Counted from the first letter of the whole stretch, positions 1 to 13,688 are shown. The stretch is DNA of 63,020 bases, filler included, from Octopus bimaculoides (GCF_001194135.2; 5 parts of 5 records of this genome joined end to end with filler, not necessarily neighbours in it); one strand, 5' to 3'. Numbers and translations are program-made. Notes: generated by a model from the letters alone, not told the origin.

Positions 1-789
1 GAATCAATGTGGGGTATAGAATATGGAATATACAATATATAATATAAAATAAAATAAATTAAAAATGGATGGCACCATGAAAGAAAGTATTGAATGTAGA
101 TGAAATATTGAGTGTTCAATATAAAGGATCAAATATATAAATATAAATATATAAAGGCGACTCGAGTTTCAGGGTTATTTCCCTTCGTCATGGCCGGTAT
201 GACAGACTTTAACAGACTATATATATATATATATATATAGACACACGTGTATGTGAGTGTATCTGTGCGTGTGTGTGTCTCTGTGTGCGTATGTGTGTGT
301 GTGTATGTGTGTGTGTATGTATGCGTGTGTGAGAGTGCGTGTGCATGCGTCCGTGTGTGCATGCATGTCAGCCTATGCTGGAAAAAATCATGCAAATCTG
401 CAACGAGATAGAATGGTCATCTGAGACAGAAAGTCAGAAATGCCATCTGCAATGAGGTGACGGCAATCATCGGTGAAAATGGAACAGTCACCATTTCTGT
501 ATCTATCATTATTCAGTTTTTATTTCAAGATTTTTTGCCAACAGAGAAAGAACCGGTTTCTTACCTAGAGCCAAGGCTCCTTCATTGGAATTTCGATATC
601 AACAACACGGTATTTTTGTATTTATTTATTTATTTTATTTATTTATGTGTTTCAGCCAAGTGGCTGCGGTCATGCTGGTGCACCTATGTATGTATATGTA
701 CAGATTTTACGTTTTGTATTGTTTATGTCGTCTCATGCATATCTAGACATGCTCATATATGCTTAAATGATAACCATCTGGGAAGTTTT

Positions 790-1114
790 ACAGAGGGTAC
801 ACCGTCTTAAGCTAACTGGATGGAAGCTCTTACTTTATGCTGGTGGATTTACTACGTCATTCGATTCAACTCTACCACCTGGTCCTTAAGTGTTTTTAGC
901 CGAGTCCCACTCTTTGTTGTAAGCATTTGAATAAATCTCTGGTGTGAGAATTTTAGGGTCTTCCCTTTCTCGTATGTACTTCATGATATTCGCTAAAAGC
1001 AGCCGAACGCTGCACTTCTTTCTCTGACAAATGAATTATAATGGTTTCTGCTTTAGTAACAAGGCGAGCAGAGCAGCTTTGAGGCGAGGGGTTAGTCAGT
1101 TATATTGACCTCCT
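790..1114. repeat. Local ~325-bp duplication, copy 1 (copy 2 at 5238-5555)
   Basis: Near-identical direct repeat from ACAGAGGGTACACC to GACCTCCT, with a 7-bp indel and a few substitutions. Confidence 0.95.
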
Positions 1115-1357
1115 TTCTGGTTTTGAGAAACCTAATTTCTCAAGATTAGTATTTAGGCAGTGTGTTACATATCCCAGGGTCCCAATAATTACAGGTATAA
1201 ACCTATACTTTTTATCTGGATAGAGTAACTAGTTTTCTGAATAGTTCAGCGTAGGTATTCTCTTTTCCACTGATTTTACAGCTTTATGTTAACATCCACT
1301 GGGCAGCTAATTTCCACAACTGTACAGTTTCTCTTCTCTTTCCCAAATCATTATATC
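1113..1357 (-). mobile_element. Fragment of restriction-like endonuclease (REL) C-terminus of an R2/R4/NeSL-group non-LTR retrotransposon
   Basis: Minus-strand translation across frameshifts reads DIMIWEREEK..VVEISCPVDVNIKL..KENTYAELF..YRFIPVIIGTLGYVTHCLNTNLEKLGF, matching the PD..D/E..P..K..Y..PVIIG.LG REL signature. Confidence 0.75.
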
Positions 1358-1509
1358 TGTATGTATGTATGTATGTATGTATGCATGCTTGCATTTTGGT
1401 AGAATCGTTAGACTGTCCGACAAAATGCGATACATTCTATGTTCATATCCAAATTTTAACTTTTTTCAGTCCATGGTCAATAACAAAATGTCTACCAGGC
1501 ATCATCATT

Positions 1510-1663
1510 CTTACTACAGGTATCTCTCACTTTTGCCTGCTGAGCGGACTGGAACAATGTGAAGTAAAGTGTCTTGCTCAAGGACAAAAAGCGCATCCGG
1601 GAATCGAACTCGTGACTTCATGATCATGAGCCGAATACCCCAACCACTAAGCCACGCGCCTTC
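1510..1663 (-). mobile_element. tRNA-derived SINE, family 2 (head plus CORE-like segment)
   Basis: Reverse complement has A box TGGCTTAGTGG, B box GAGTTCGATTCC, then GTCCTTGAGCAAGACACTT. Homologous to 43534-43835. Confidence 0.8.
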
Positions 1664-2082
1664 ACAGACACACAAAATCATACACACCGAATCACACAGA
1701 CAGAGACACACACGATATATAAACATACAAAATATACAAACACGCCCTAACTTACTTTTGATCATAAATTTCCTGGACAAGGCTCGACTGGAAGTATAAA
1801 CATCAGTAAATACAACATAGATGCGCAATTCATTTCTGTATCCAGTCTACCGAGCCGCAAATAAATCGTGACGATATTCCCTGAAATAGTCATTACACCG
1901 AACTGTAAATTTATTTCGATGTCGATGAACCGTTCACTTTTGTAGCGAGTCTACGAAGAGGTAGAATTTACTGTTTTGTAATGAGTTTCAGATTATAAAG
2001 ATGTCAACAGTATTTCAGTAGTTTTAAGAGCTGACCTTAAATTTCTTTCTTGACCAAAGCTATCAAAACCAACAGAAATGTA

Positions 2083-2933
2083 CGAGGTGTTACTCAAAAG
2101 AAACCGGAATTTTGTAATATTTTATTCCCTTAGTTATACATTTGGCGCAATGCATTGGTCCAGACGCGTTTTCCACTATTTGAAGTGGTGCTGGGACTCT
2201 TGCGAAGTGATGCCTTTCAACACTTCCGTCGTTTTCTTCTTCACCTCTTCCACATCTACAAAATCTGTAGCCACCAGCTTTCATCACCAGTGATGACCTT
2301 CGAAAAAAGGTTCGAACCAACTTCCTACTCTTCTCTAAGTTCACGACACGCATTCAGTCGTGACTGCCTTTGGTCTTTCGTGAGCAAGCGAGAAACACAT
2401 TTTGCTGCAACTCTTTTCTTTCACAATTCCTCGCTTAAAATTTGTTGGCAGGAGCTCCAGGACACACCAGATATATCAACAAGTTCGTCAATTGTTCGGT
2501 GACAGCTCTCCAAGAACAGTTAATGAATTTTCATGATGTCTTCATGTCTTCATTCGTTCGGTTGATCTAAAGTCGTCCTGAACGAGGTTGGTCTTCAAGC
2601 GACAGGTGACCATTCCTAAAGCATAGAAACCTCTCATGAACTTGTGTTTTGCTCATGGCAGCGTTCTTGCAAGCTGTTTGAAACATGTCAACTGTTTCGC
2701 CGCCGCACCCCAGCAGGAAACAGAATTTAACGGAAGCACGCAGTTCCTTCGTTTCAGCTATCACAAAAATCGACGAACAAGCGAGATGCACTGCAAAACA
2801 AAGACGCACTACGTAGCCAGTCGGCAGACAGATTCCTGAGGGTCGCATCAAGTGGCTTCTAGCGGCGGACGCCTGGACTACGACGTGTTTGTCCCAAAGA
2901 GAACGTTTCCGAATATTTTGGGGTACCTCTTCG
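2083..2933 (-). mobile_element. Internally deleted mariner transposon remnant
   Basis: Minus strand gives the mariner HTH (ELRASVKFCFLLG..ETVDMFQTA..AMSKTQVHERF..FRNG..SLEDQPRSGR) and VITGDESW, joined directly to the C-terminal DVEEVKKKTTEVLKGIT..WKTRLDQCIA. Degenerate TIRs with TA at 2081-2082 and 2934-2935. Confidence 0.85.
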
Positions 2934-4024
2934 TACTATTTACTACATGATACCACAGCTTGCGCTACTATAATAATATGCACCATAAGCACCGAAACGA
3001 AAGTAACATATGTTGTGGGTGGGCGAGTATGTTGAGGCAATAATGTGTTTGCGTGTGTGCATTATCACCAACATTATTATGTTAATAGCGAAAGATACTT
3101 CTTTAATGTAAAATGGGGAAGCAGCACATTTGTTTCACTCTTCTCTCTCTTACTTCCTCTCTCCTTTTCCATCCCTCCTCTATCTCCCCCTCTCTCTCTC
3201 TTTCTCATTTTACCCCTTTCTCATTTTCTCTCTTTCTCATTCTCTATCACGCGGGCAAAAGTGCAGTCAAACATGAAATTTTCTACGCCTCCTAACGTGC
3301 GCTGACATAATCACATAGAAGGTAATGCATTATATAATCACCTAAGTAAGCAAGCAAGCAATCTATCTATCCATCTATCTATATATTTATTCATCTTGAT
3401 GCAACGTCTTTTTCGAGTAGTCTCTGGCGAAGTTATAAGATGTCGCGATGACGGCACTCAACTCTAGATGCTCAGTTCCTTATAGCAAAGACAATTGTAA
3501 ACTAATGAAATTGATTGCGTAACTCCTCTTATACACACACACACACACACACACACACANNNNNNNNNNNNNNNNNNNNNNNNNNNNNNNNNNNNNNNNN
3601 NNNNNNNNNNNNNNNNNNNNNNNNNNNNNNNNNNNNNNNNNNNNNNNNNNNNNNNNNNNNNNNNNNNNNNNNNNNNNNNNNNNNNNNNNNNNNNNNNNNN
3701 NNNNNNNNNNNNNNNNNNNNNNNNNNNNNNNNNNNNNNNNNNNNNNNNNNNNNNNNNNNNNNNNNNNNNNNNNNNNNNNNNNNNNNNNNNNNNNNNNNNN
3801 NNNNNNNNNNNNNNNNNNNNNNNNNNNNNNNNNNNNNNNNNNNNNNNNNNNNNNNNNNNNNNNNNNNNNNNNNNNNNNNNNNNNNNNNNNNNNNNNNNNN
3901 NNNNNNNNNNNNNNNNNNNNNNNNNNNNNNNNNNNNNNNNNNNNNNNNNNNNNNNNNNNNNNNNNNNNNNNNNNNNNNNNNNNNNNNNNNNNNNNNNNNN
4001 NNNNNNNNNNNNNNNNNNNNNNNN

Positions 4025-4160
4025 AGCGGTTCGGCAAAAGAGCCCGGTAGAATAAGTACTACGCTTACAAAGAATAAGTCCTGGGGTCGATTTCTTCGAC
4101 TAAAGGCGGTGCTCCAGCATGGTCGCAGTTAAATGACTGAAACAAATAAAAGAATAAAAG
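4025..4160 (+). mobile_element. SINE family 1, 3' tail
   Basis: GGTTCGGCAAAAGAG..GGCGGTGCTCCAGCATGG.CGCAG..AAATGACTGAAACAA followed by (TAAAAGAA)n. Same as the tail of the full copy at 57290-57724. Confidence 0.8.
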
Positions 4161-4181
4161 AATATACATATATATATATTA

Positions 4182-4244
<63 letters not shown>

Positions 4245-4311
4245 ATTTATATATGCATTTGTTTGAGTGTGTAAGTGTATGCGTGTATGTCTGTGTGTAC
4301 GTATATGTCTG

Positions 4312-4346
<35 letters not shown>

Positions 4347-5237
4347 TTGTTTCTTTTTTTCTATGTGTATGTGTGTGTGTACATATATTAGGGATACGCA
4401 CATGCGCACACATTCATATGGACTCTCTCTTTCTCTTTCTCTCTCTCTCCCTTTCCACCACACACCGTACACGCACACACATATGCATTTATGTATATAT
4501 GTATAACCATCCATACATACAAAAAGACACACCCAAAGCTATGTAGACAACCAGTCCGTTCTCTATTTCACAATCTGCACCTATGTGACTAGAGTGTGAT
4601 GACATGTGTGATATTGTGTGATATAACAGATTTATTAAGAACATCGCTGAAATAGACAGTCCGGTAATTGGCTACCTCCGAATTTAACGTTAATTATGTG
4701 GAGGCTTCTGATATCAGGATTACAGTGTGGTTGTTTGATGTCATATTCATTTCAACTCTCGGCTTCTCAATGACTTCACACTTACGCACGCCCGCGTGTG
4801 CGCTTATGAGCGAGTGTGTGTTTGTGCGTCTGTGTGTGCGTTTGTGTGTGTGTGTCTCGAGGCGATTATCTTGTTTATTCAACTTTCTCCGAATATTGAA
4901 TCTGACTAATAATTTATATTCCGTCTAGAATACTTGTTTAAGTAGCTAGTGAGCTCTAGCCTTCGTCAATTACAAAACACTTAACTGGGTACTTCATATT
5001 CGCGATGGAGTGGTAGATGACTGAATTGGTAGAGCGCTGAACGAATTTCGATGTTAATTAAAGTTCTTTGTGCAATAATCTTCACTTCAATTACTTCGTT
5101 TCCCATTTTTTCCCAAATTTTCTCTTTAGAATTGCACGGCACAACTTTCGATTCCACAACGCGGCGTATTGAGCGAATGCCTCCTATCAGTGATTCGAGT
5201 TGATCTGCGCTTTATGAGTGAAATTGGGTTGATAAAA

Positions 5238-5555
5238 ACAGAGGGTACACCGTCTTAAGCTAACTGGATGGAAGCTCTTACTGGTAGATTTACTACGTCA
5301 TTCGATTCAACTCTACCACCTGGTCCTTAAGTGTTTTTAGCCGAGTCCCACTCTTTGTTGTAAGCATTTGAATAAATCTCTGGTGTGAGAATTTTAGGGT
5401 CTTCCCTTTCTCGTATGTACTTCATGATACTCGCTAAAAGCAGGCGAACGCTGCACTTCTTTCTCTGACAAATGAATTATAATGGTTTCTGCTTTAGTAA
5501 CAAGGCGAGCAGAGCAGTTTTGAGGGGAGGGGTTAGTCAGTTATATCGACCTCCT
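5238..5555. repeat. Local duplication, copy 2; its right end runs on into a family 3 SINE (about 5500-5660, minus strand)
   Basis: Matches 790-1114, then continues with SINE-like sequence (TTATCGACC..GAAAGGTAAAGTC..CGGAATTTCAAC). Confidence 0.9.
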
Positions 5556-5857
5556 CCGGTACTTAATGTACTATGGTTTATCGACCACGGAAACCTGAAA
5601 GGTAAAGTCCTTCTCGACGGAATTTCAACGTAGAGTCGGAAGAAATTCTGTCAAGCATGAGCACACACGCGGACGAAAAGTGTCGCTTGAAGAGGTCACA
5701 GATGTGCGACGAAAGTTTTTCGGACAATGGACATGAGTTAAAATAAGAACAGTAATAAACGAGTAAAAAACGAATATATAGTGCGTGTGTTTGTTTGGAA
5801 AGAAAAAGAATTAAAAAACCGTACCGAAATACAATACTTTTTCCAAAGTTTTGTCAA

Positions 5858-5899
<42 letters not shown>

Positions 5900-7153
5900 T
5901 ATTATTATTATTATAAAGGGAACTAGATGATTAAAATAATAATAAACATTACATCCCCTCGTTGATAAATGGTGATAAATTATAATACTAGTCAAACACT
6001 GGTGTAAATTTAGTGGTCTATTCTAGTACTTCATGAATCTTCATGAAATTGTTGCCCGTTTTTAACATTTGTAGTCTTGTTAAAAATGCCGCTAAGCATT
6101 TTGTCCAGCATGCTAATGATTCAGCCAGCTAACACCTTAATATATACACATAAATTCTCTCTCTCTCCCCATACACTTTCACAAGCACACTTATGTCTGA
6201 GTGTGCATTAATATATTAATAATTTAAATAGAATATACATTTCTATACATGTTAGTAACTAATCTCATAGAACGTTTTACTATTTTGTCAAATTTATATG
6301 ATATATAAATATTTCATAAAGTATAAGTATAAAAAATATATTATAGTAGAAAATCTGTATTACGTTTAAGTAGAAAAATACTATTTTAAACAAATTCTAA
6401 CTCACTCTAGACTGAAAGGCTATATATTAATTACATCAGCACAAAAGAGATAGATATATTTAATATGCATATCTAAAATTTATCAGTGATTAATCAACAT
6501 AATACTATCATCATTATGACTAAAGCGAAAACAATTTTTATAATATTTATTAGGATATTTCGATATAATGGACCAGCATTTTACTCATTTAAAAAAATAT
6601 TCACATGCATACGACTTTATATGCGTATTTGAGCGTTTGTGTATGTGTATATCTGCGCAGATTTGCATACGTGTATGTACTAATGCACATACACATCGTA
6701 TCATATTACATGTATTTTTTTCATGTGATTTTACTGAGTCTATTATTTATTATCATGTAAACTGGAATCGAGTCTCTAAATAGCTTAACTTATTGTTAAC
6801 TACTTTATTTTACGATACCATGACTCAGATTAAATCGGTCGGAATTGATATCGTTTAAATATATGTAATACATATATATTTGTCTATGTTCACACACACA
6901 CACACACACACACATTGTTGTGGACTGAACTGACACCCCCCACACACGATTGTCAGTGGACTGAACGAGTTTTATAAATAGATAAGCCAGTAGAATGTTG
7001 ATGTCGAATTGTGAGAGCGTTTGTCTCATTATTGATTCCGCGTTTGAGTATTGGATAGTTATTGTGCAAACGGTTATAATAAGATAACCAACTCATATTA
7101 CATTTCTTATTGCTATACCGTTATATTTGGTACTGTGATATATCGTTACACAG

Positions 7154-7215
<62 letters not shown>

Positions 7216-10144
7216 CATATATCGTCACTGGCGATATAACATATATATAGCTGTTTAGAAAATTAAATTATAAAGGTGTACGAAGTTTATTCATGCATGC
7301 AATCGTTTCGTGCATAGATTTAAATTCATTTTAGAATTTGCAAATATCAAAATACTCATCAGTACAGAGAAAATAATAGGAACTTAAAAAAAGAGCAGAG
7401 AAGTTGGATCTATAAGTTTCATGTTTATCTGTTCCTATCCATGTGTGATAGTGATGAGAGTCATATCAATTATTAAACCACAACTCATACATACGTGTAT
7501 ATATGTATGTATGCATGTATGTAAGTGTGTGTGTTTGTGTTTGTACCCCACCACTGCTTGACAACCAGCGTTGACGTGCTTACGTCCCCGTAATTTTCGG
7601 TTCGGCAATAGAGACAGACTAAAACTGAAAATAAGTACTGGAGCAGATTAGTTCGACTAAAACTCCTGAAACAAGTAAATGACAAAAGATTAAAGCCTTC
7701 AATTTCCTTGTCTACTGAGATATAGATTAACGTTATCGACTACATTCATTATTAGTGGAGGGCGCTCAAGTCCTCGAATTCTCAGCTTGCAAACTAATTA
7801 GGACAAAGATGTGTAGTGTTGTAATCTGTGTCCTGATCTTTCACTTTTCCCAAACATTTAAAAAATTTTGTCAAAAATTAAGGATTGTAATGAAAAGTAA
7901 AGAAGAAAGATACTACTGTTTTTGCAACGATAATATTTCATGCTAAATCAGCGATCATTCAATCATTATTGTAATAATAACATGAGAAAGCAAAATGCTT
8001 TCAATTCTGTCAGTATACAAGCATCCCTCAAAATATTTTCTGTGGTTAAAGTGGCCAGCAATGTAATTCGAGTTGGCCAGGCATGCACAAGAACAGTTAG
8101 AAAGAGGGGGGTTGGAGGAAAGTGAGAATTTCCAAGCAATTTTTAATTGTTCCTATTGTAGTTTCATTTCTTCCTGGGCTGTTATTTTCCAAAATGTTCT
8201 ACCTTATGCTGGATATCTTTAATACACTCGCGTCTTGATCAATGCACTGCATATATTCCTCCCAGAAAATTTACTTATGTCGCTGTTAGATCTACCTTAG
8301 TTTCTGTTTTGGTATTACCAAGTTCTTAAGAATATGAATTTGGGTTAGGGATGGAAGAGCTTATTTTATTCAAAGAACTGCTATCACTTTTCAGGTCGAC
8401 GAGTTCTTTGCTATTTAACGAGAAACCTTTCTCTTATTGACTCCTTGATTTCGGGTTCCTTTTATGTTGTATTTTCATTGTAATTGTGTCGTTCTTTTTT
8501 CTTTCTGTTTTTATAGCTTTTCTATTCGTATATTTTCGTTAAAGAATTCATCAAAAGCGATAAAAAAAACAAACTTTTGTCCTATTTTCTCTTTATATCT
8601 GCATTTTGTTTGGCAAAATATTTATTTTTGGTCTACATATTTCTATATCAGCATTTCTGAAGAAGTACCACTTATTTTTGTAACGGCTTAGATTGCTTAC
8701 GGATACTGATGTTCGCATCGTTCTAGTTCTACGTAATCCAGTTTGTATTATTTTGTTCTTGATATCAGTTTATCGTTTTGCTATTGTTGTAATTGTCGTT
8801 GTTGCTGCTGCTGCTGCTATGTTTATATTTGAAAGAATCTTTTGTTGGTGCATAAGACGATTTCCTATCGATTTTAATTCTTTAACAATTCCATCTTTAG
8901 ATTATTATCTTTATTCAAAAAGTCGAAGTTTCTATTTTTAAATCTTTCTTATATTAGACTTGTGTTTATATTTCCTGGTTGAATTTCTGATTCGGCTTTT
9001 GTTCGTTGATATATTCTGTAGACATAATGCAATTAGATTTTTTATTGCTTTACTATTAATTTTATGTGTTTTGAGTTTGTTAGGTGCTGGGAGTTGACTG
9101 AGAAAGTTGACTGAGAAACAACTGATGACGAATCTCGCCGATAGGGTTTGGCAAAAAGAAGTTGAGATAGAAATCAATAGACTGCCGTTGGAAATTATCA
9201 AGCAAATTAGAAGATCTTGTTTAAAAATGAATCGCACCGAATGCCCTAGTGGGCAAAAGGGGACTCTATCAGTTCTTCGATTAGATATACAATAATTGCT
9301 TTATCCGAGGTAAGGCACATACTCTTAGACACAAGGAAGTGAAGACTTTTTGGATGGATCGGCATGCAGCAACTATCACTGATTGATGCGCTACAAAAAC
9401 CAATAAAAGCGGCTGAGATAAAGGAGGGAGGCGTAATTAATGCGAGTAGCTGAGCACCGGATTTGTATGATCAATCTACAAATTGTAAGCTCTCGTGGCA
9501 TTCTTGTTTCCTAAAATTTTGACGGACGTCTATCGCAGTTGGTAGCAAACCAGGTGCATTACTATATTTGTGAACAGGAGAATGGTAGCAGAGCAAGAAA
9601 ATGACACTAACAAGGGAAAACGTTATTGAAATCATAAAATGTGCAGTCGTTTGTCTATGATGTAATTCATTATTATTGTCAGCAGATGGCAAGCAAAAGT
9701 ACCTTCAGGTATAATATTCACTCTATTTTTCTTGTTTCAAATCCTGCTGATATCTACTTTGCTTATTCATTCATCCGGTGTTACTGAAATACATGCCGTT
9801 CGAAAGATGGACTTCATTTGATCGATTGTGTCTTGCAATATTTATTCTTGTTCCTTTATCTTAAGAACTCAAATTCCGCTAATCTCGAGTTTAACTCTTC
9901 GCGGGGAAATAAATAAGTACCATTCAAATTCTAAGGTCAGTGAAATAGATAATATCCTCCTAAAAACAATCCCAAATAATTATATATATTTATCATCATT
10001 ATTATTATTATTATTAAAACCCCTCGGTGTCGAATATTTTTTTTCATCTTCCAAGATGGATAAGCACCAGTCAGGAACTAGGTTCACTTCTTCAAATATC
10101 TCGAAATTTGTTGTCGTGCGCCTATTTTAGAACTTATTACTGTT

Positions 10145-10345
10145 GTCAGAATCTTTACCGCATCAGCCAAAATGCTTAGCGACATTTTGTTCGTCTTTAC
10201 GTTCTGAGTTCAAATCCCGTAGAGGCCGATTTTGCCTTTGATTATTTTGGGGTCTATGAAATAAATAACAGTTGAGCACTTGGGTCGATTTAATCGACCT
10301 ACCCCATCCCTCGAACCTGATGGCCTTGTGCCAGTATTTGAAACC
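10145..10345 (+). mobile_element. SINE-like repeat, family 3
   Basis: AAATGCTTAGCG..TACGTTCTGAGTTCAAAT..GGGTCGATT.AATCGAC..GGCCTTGTGCC, shared with several copies at 49267-50080 and 17975-18150 (minus). Confidence 0.7.
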
Positions 10346-13335
10346 ATTCTTATTATTATTGAAGACTACCGCTTTCCTCATCGGTTAAGTCCGCCCTTAT
10401 TGACAGCTTTTTCAAGACCCACTTGAAAAGTAAAGAGAAATTGGTGAAAAAAGTGACCTTGCCAGCGAATGTGGGTGGCTGTGGCAAAAATGGTAGGGGT
10501 GAAAGCGAATATTTTAAGCATCTATTGATTGGAGAACAACAACTGGATGAGAGCTCGTACCCTTGATGGTCGGCGTGATCCTGAATCTGTGGGGTTCCTT
10601 AATTGGTTTTGTTTGGAGGCTCTGACTCCATCATCCACATAGTCACATATTTTGTATACCGTGTAAACTTTTTATCGCATTTCCCCCCACCTTTCCATTT
10701 CTTGCCCTCATATTTTATGTAAACCTGCACACAGATTGTAAATTATCCTTGTGGCAAGTAAGTAAAGGAAATCATCATTATCATTATTACTGATTTTATT
10801 ATTTTTATAGCTGTTGTTAACAAACGTATCTGTTGTTCACGTAAACGATTCAACTTAGCTCACGGCCTTTGGAACGTGTATAGTGAATGCGGTAAAACAG
10901 AACAGAGATATTGAATACAATTAAAAAATACAGCTGCAACAATAAAGCGAAACAAAAAAGAATAACAAGCTTTTAAAGTTAAATATCTATGCCAAAGGTT
11001 ATAGGTGGCTGTTGACAGTAGAAGATGTTAAGGTTGGTGTAAATGAGGGTGGATAAATAATACCTAGCTGTTTTTTCTTAGTACTGTAATGATGACAACA
11101 AGTATTCACAGTGTAGTTGTTGTCAGCAAGTGTCATATGAAACTTCATATTCACGGGGGTAGGCATCTGTCAAGAAGTTGGTGCGGTGTGGAGGGTTGAT
11201 GTTTGGATTGCTAATCGGAACAACTCGCTGTAAAAGAACGAAAAGAAAGAAAAGTATTTAAAAATATATACTTAAAAACATGATGCGATAGAAAAAGAAA
11301 ACGGTTGTCAACAGATGCTGTTCTCCCCCCGCCTACTCCCGATTTACCGAAACAAGGAATAAAAGAATCTCGTTCAGATGAATGCCGTAGTGTTGTTCAG
11401 TAGTTCTCTCGCGTGATTTAGAAGGAAAAAGATGTGAAAATGCGACGATGTCTTGCCAAAATAATTGCTACAAACAAGCTTTCAAGAAATCTGTTCAGAG
11501 ATTTGTTGACACAATAACTGAGATAATTTTGTTTATTATTGTTGTTGTAAGCCATGATGTTACGACTCGCTTATGCCACATTCTTGTCGATAACATTAAT
11601 CCTCTTCAAGCTTTCTTTTAACTGTGGTTAGACTGTGTAAGCTGGAAGACAAAATAAATAAATAAGTAAATGAATAAATAAATACACCATAAGACACAAG
11701 AATAAAAGCAAAAAAGAAAACTGACTTTTTGCTGTTTTGGCAGGAATATCACGAAGACTTTGCGAGTGAGACTTGTTAACCTGCACTAATGAACTATGTT
11801 TTAGAATTTTTACATGACCTAATCATAAGATGTAAGACAGAATCCATAACCGTTTTGAAACGCTTCTATTGTTGATGGAAGAAAAGACTGGGGATTAACT
11901 TTAGTCCCGGGACCTGACCTAAATGCTTGCTACCGAATGGACTCTGCTGAAGAAACCCTAGGAAGAAATATTAATAAAGTCTACTGGCAAGAACGAGAAA
12001 GGTTCTTCCTATAGGCTTCCACACAATTTCCGTTCGTCAAATTTCATTCACAAAGCTTCGAAGGACTTGAGGCTGTGCTAGCCGGCAACGGGCCCAAAGT
12101 GCTGCGCAAGGGATCGAATTCCTTTTCGAATAATCGTGATACTCCGTTTTTATTTTATTTTTCTGCAACATATTTCAACAGGGGACAGTGTTCGAGGAAG
12201 CAATGATACATTACTGAACTTTGTGTGCATTCAAAATGCTCTCGAAAGTTGGGTGGATAGAAAAAAGGCTTGTGAGCAACAAAAATTAAAACGGAGGGCT
12301 GACATCAAAGACGGGACGGGGAGATATCTGGCGTAATTTACGGCTGTAGCTCACGATCGCAGTGTGAAATAAATAGTGGTGGTAGTTGGTGAGGCAGCCG
12401 ACCCTCAGCCATAATGTTGAGGAAACTCATTTATTTGCCTACATTCAAAATGCATAGAGTCGCCTCAGTTGCTGAAAAACCTAACTTCTAAGCGTGCAGT
12501 TTGATAAATACTGAGGTGTTCTTACGCTGACGGTCGAGATGCAAGAATTACACCTAAACTTCATCGCAGATCATTTCCAACCGTTTTATAAAATAGAAAG
12601 GACATTGGATGATGCGGTTCATAAATGGCTACTCGACCACGGATAGAATGCTTTTCATCATAGATCCGATGAAGTTTGGCTTGAGATTAAATATCCTAAC
12701 TGAAATACAACACAATGCTCAAGAGATGGTTATCGTTGGATGGACTAAAATCTCATACATTGCTTGCTTTTAATTCCGAGGAAACATACCTCACCATACA
12801 GCTCCAAGTCTGCCCAAACTTCTTAGTCAACAATATCATCAGATTCGTTCATAACATCTGGTTTATTCCATGCTAAGATCATAAGGCTGAGGACCTCCAA
12901 TACCGACTACCTATCTTAATCGATTTTAGTGTAATAATTTTATTTTGTTGTTTATTATGGGTGTAAAATTCGAGCACCTACAAAATCTATGATTAACGTC
13001 CTCGATGGCTGCCACAATCGGATAGGTCGAGAGGCGTTCAAAGTCAGCTGGATGCAGAAAGTATCCGACATTTGGTATCGGGACTGCTGAAAACAGATAT
13101 ATGACGAGTCCGTAGCATCGTGTTGCGACGCAAATACAAAATGTAGTCGTTAGATGATGATGAAGATGAGAAAGAGGGGGAGGAGGAGGAGGAGGAGGAG
13201 GAGCGACACAACAGACTAAGATTGAAGACATTTGAAAGGATACACTGAATGTAATTTGTAGAGCTCTACACGTGCTCCCTTTCGGGTGGACGTCCTGTGT
13301 CTAGTTCTGGAAATTATATTTTATAAATAGACAGA

Positions 13336-13400
13336 CTACGCTGATGATCCTGCAGATATTTACTTATGTAGATATTAACAGGTGAAACCATGGTACGTAG
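13336..13400 (+). ncRNA. Type I hammerhead ribozyme motif, family A copy 1
   Basis: Stem I CUACG/CGUAG; core CUGAUGA; stem II CCUG/CAGG extended by a 9-bp hairpin; GAAA; palindromic stem III ACCAUGGU; GUA cleavage triplet. One U·U at the 10.1-11.1 position. Confidence 0.7.
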
Positions 13401-13641
13401 GTTAATCGTTTTTTTTTTATTTAGTATTTTTTCATTTGTCTTGCCCTTTTATAGTCTGTTGTGTCGCTGAAATTTTTACTGAGNNNNNNNNNNNNNNNNN
13501 NNNNNNNNNNNNNNNNNNNNNNNNNNNNNNNNNNNNNNNNNNNNNNNNNNNNNNNNNNNNNNNNNNNNNNNNNNNNNNNNNNNNNNNNNNNNNNNNNNNN
13601 NNNNNNNNNNNNNNNNNNNNNNNNNNNNNNNNNNNNNNNNN

Positions 13642-13688
<47 letters not shown>

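Noticed and set aside
9115-9175. CUGAUGA followed by a wobble-rich hairpin
   Set aside because: GAAA is replaced by GCAAAAA and there is no stem III; too degenerate to call.
8200-9250. Possible decayed retroelement ORF on the minus strand (K/N-rich)
   Set aside because: Only vague resemblance to a PLE or LINE N-terminus; no diagnostic motif.
10758-10810. 53-nt GTAAGT..CTGAT..TTTATAG intron-like segment
   Set aside because: Good splice signals, but the spliced product gives no meaningful ORF; chance cannot be excluded.
12560-13140. Possible RTE-type RT remnant
   Set aside because: No convincing motif in any frame.
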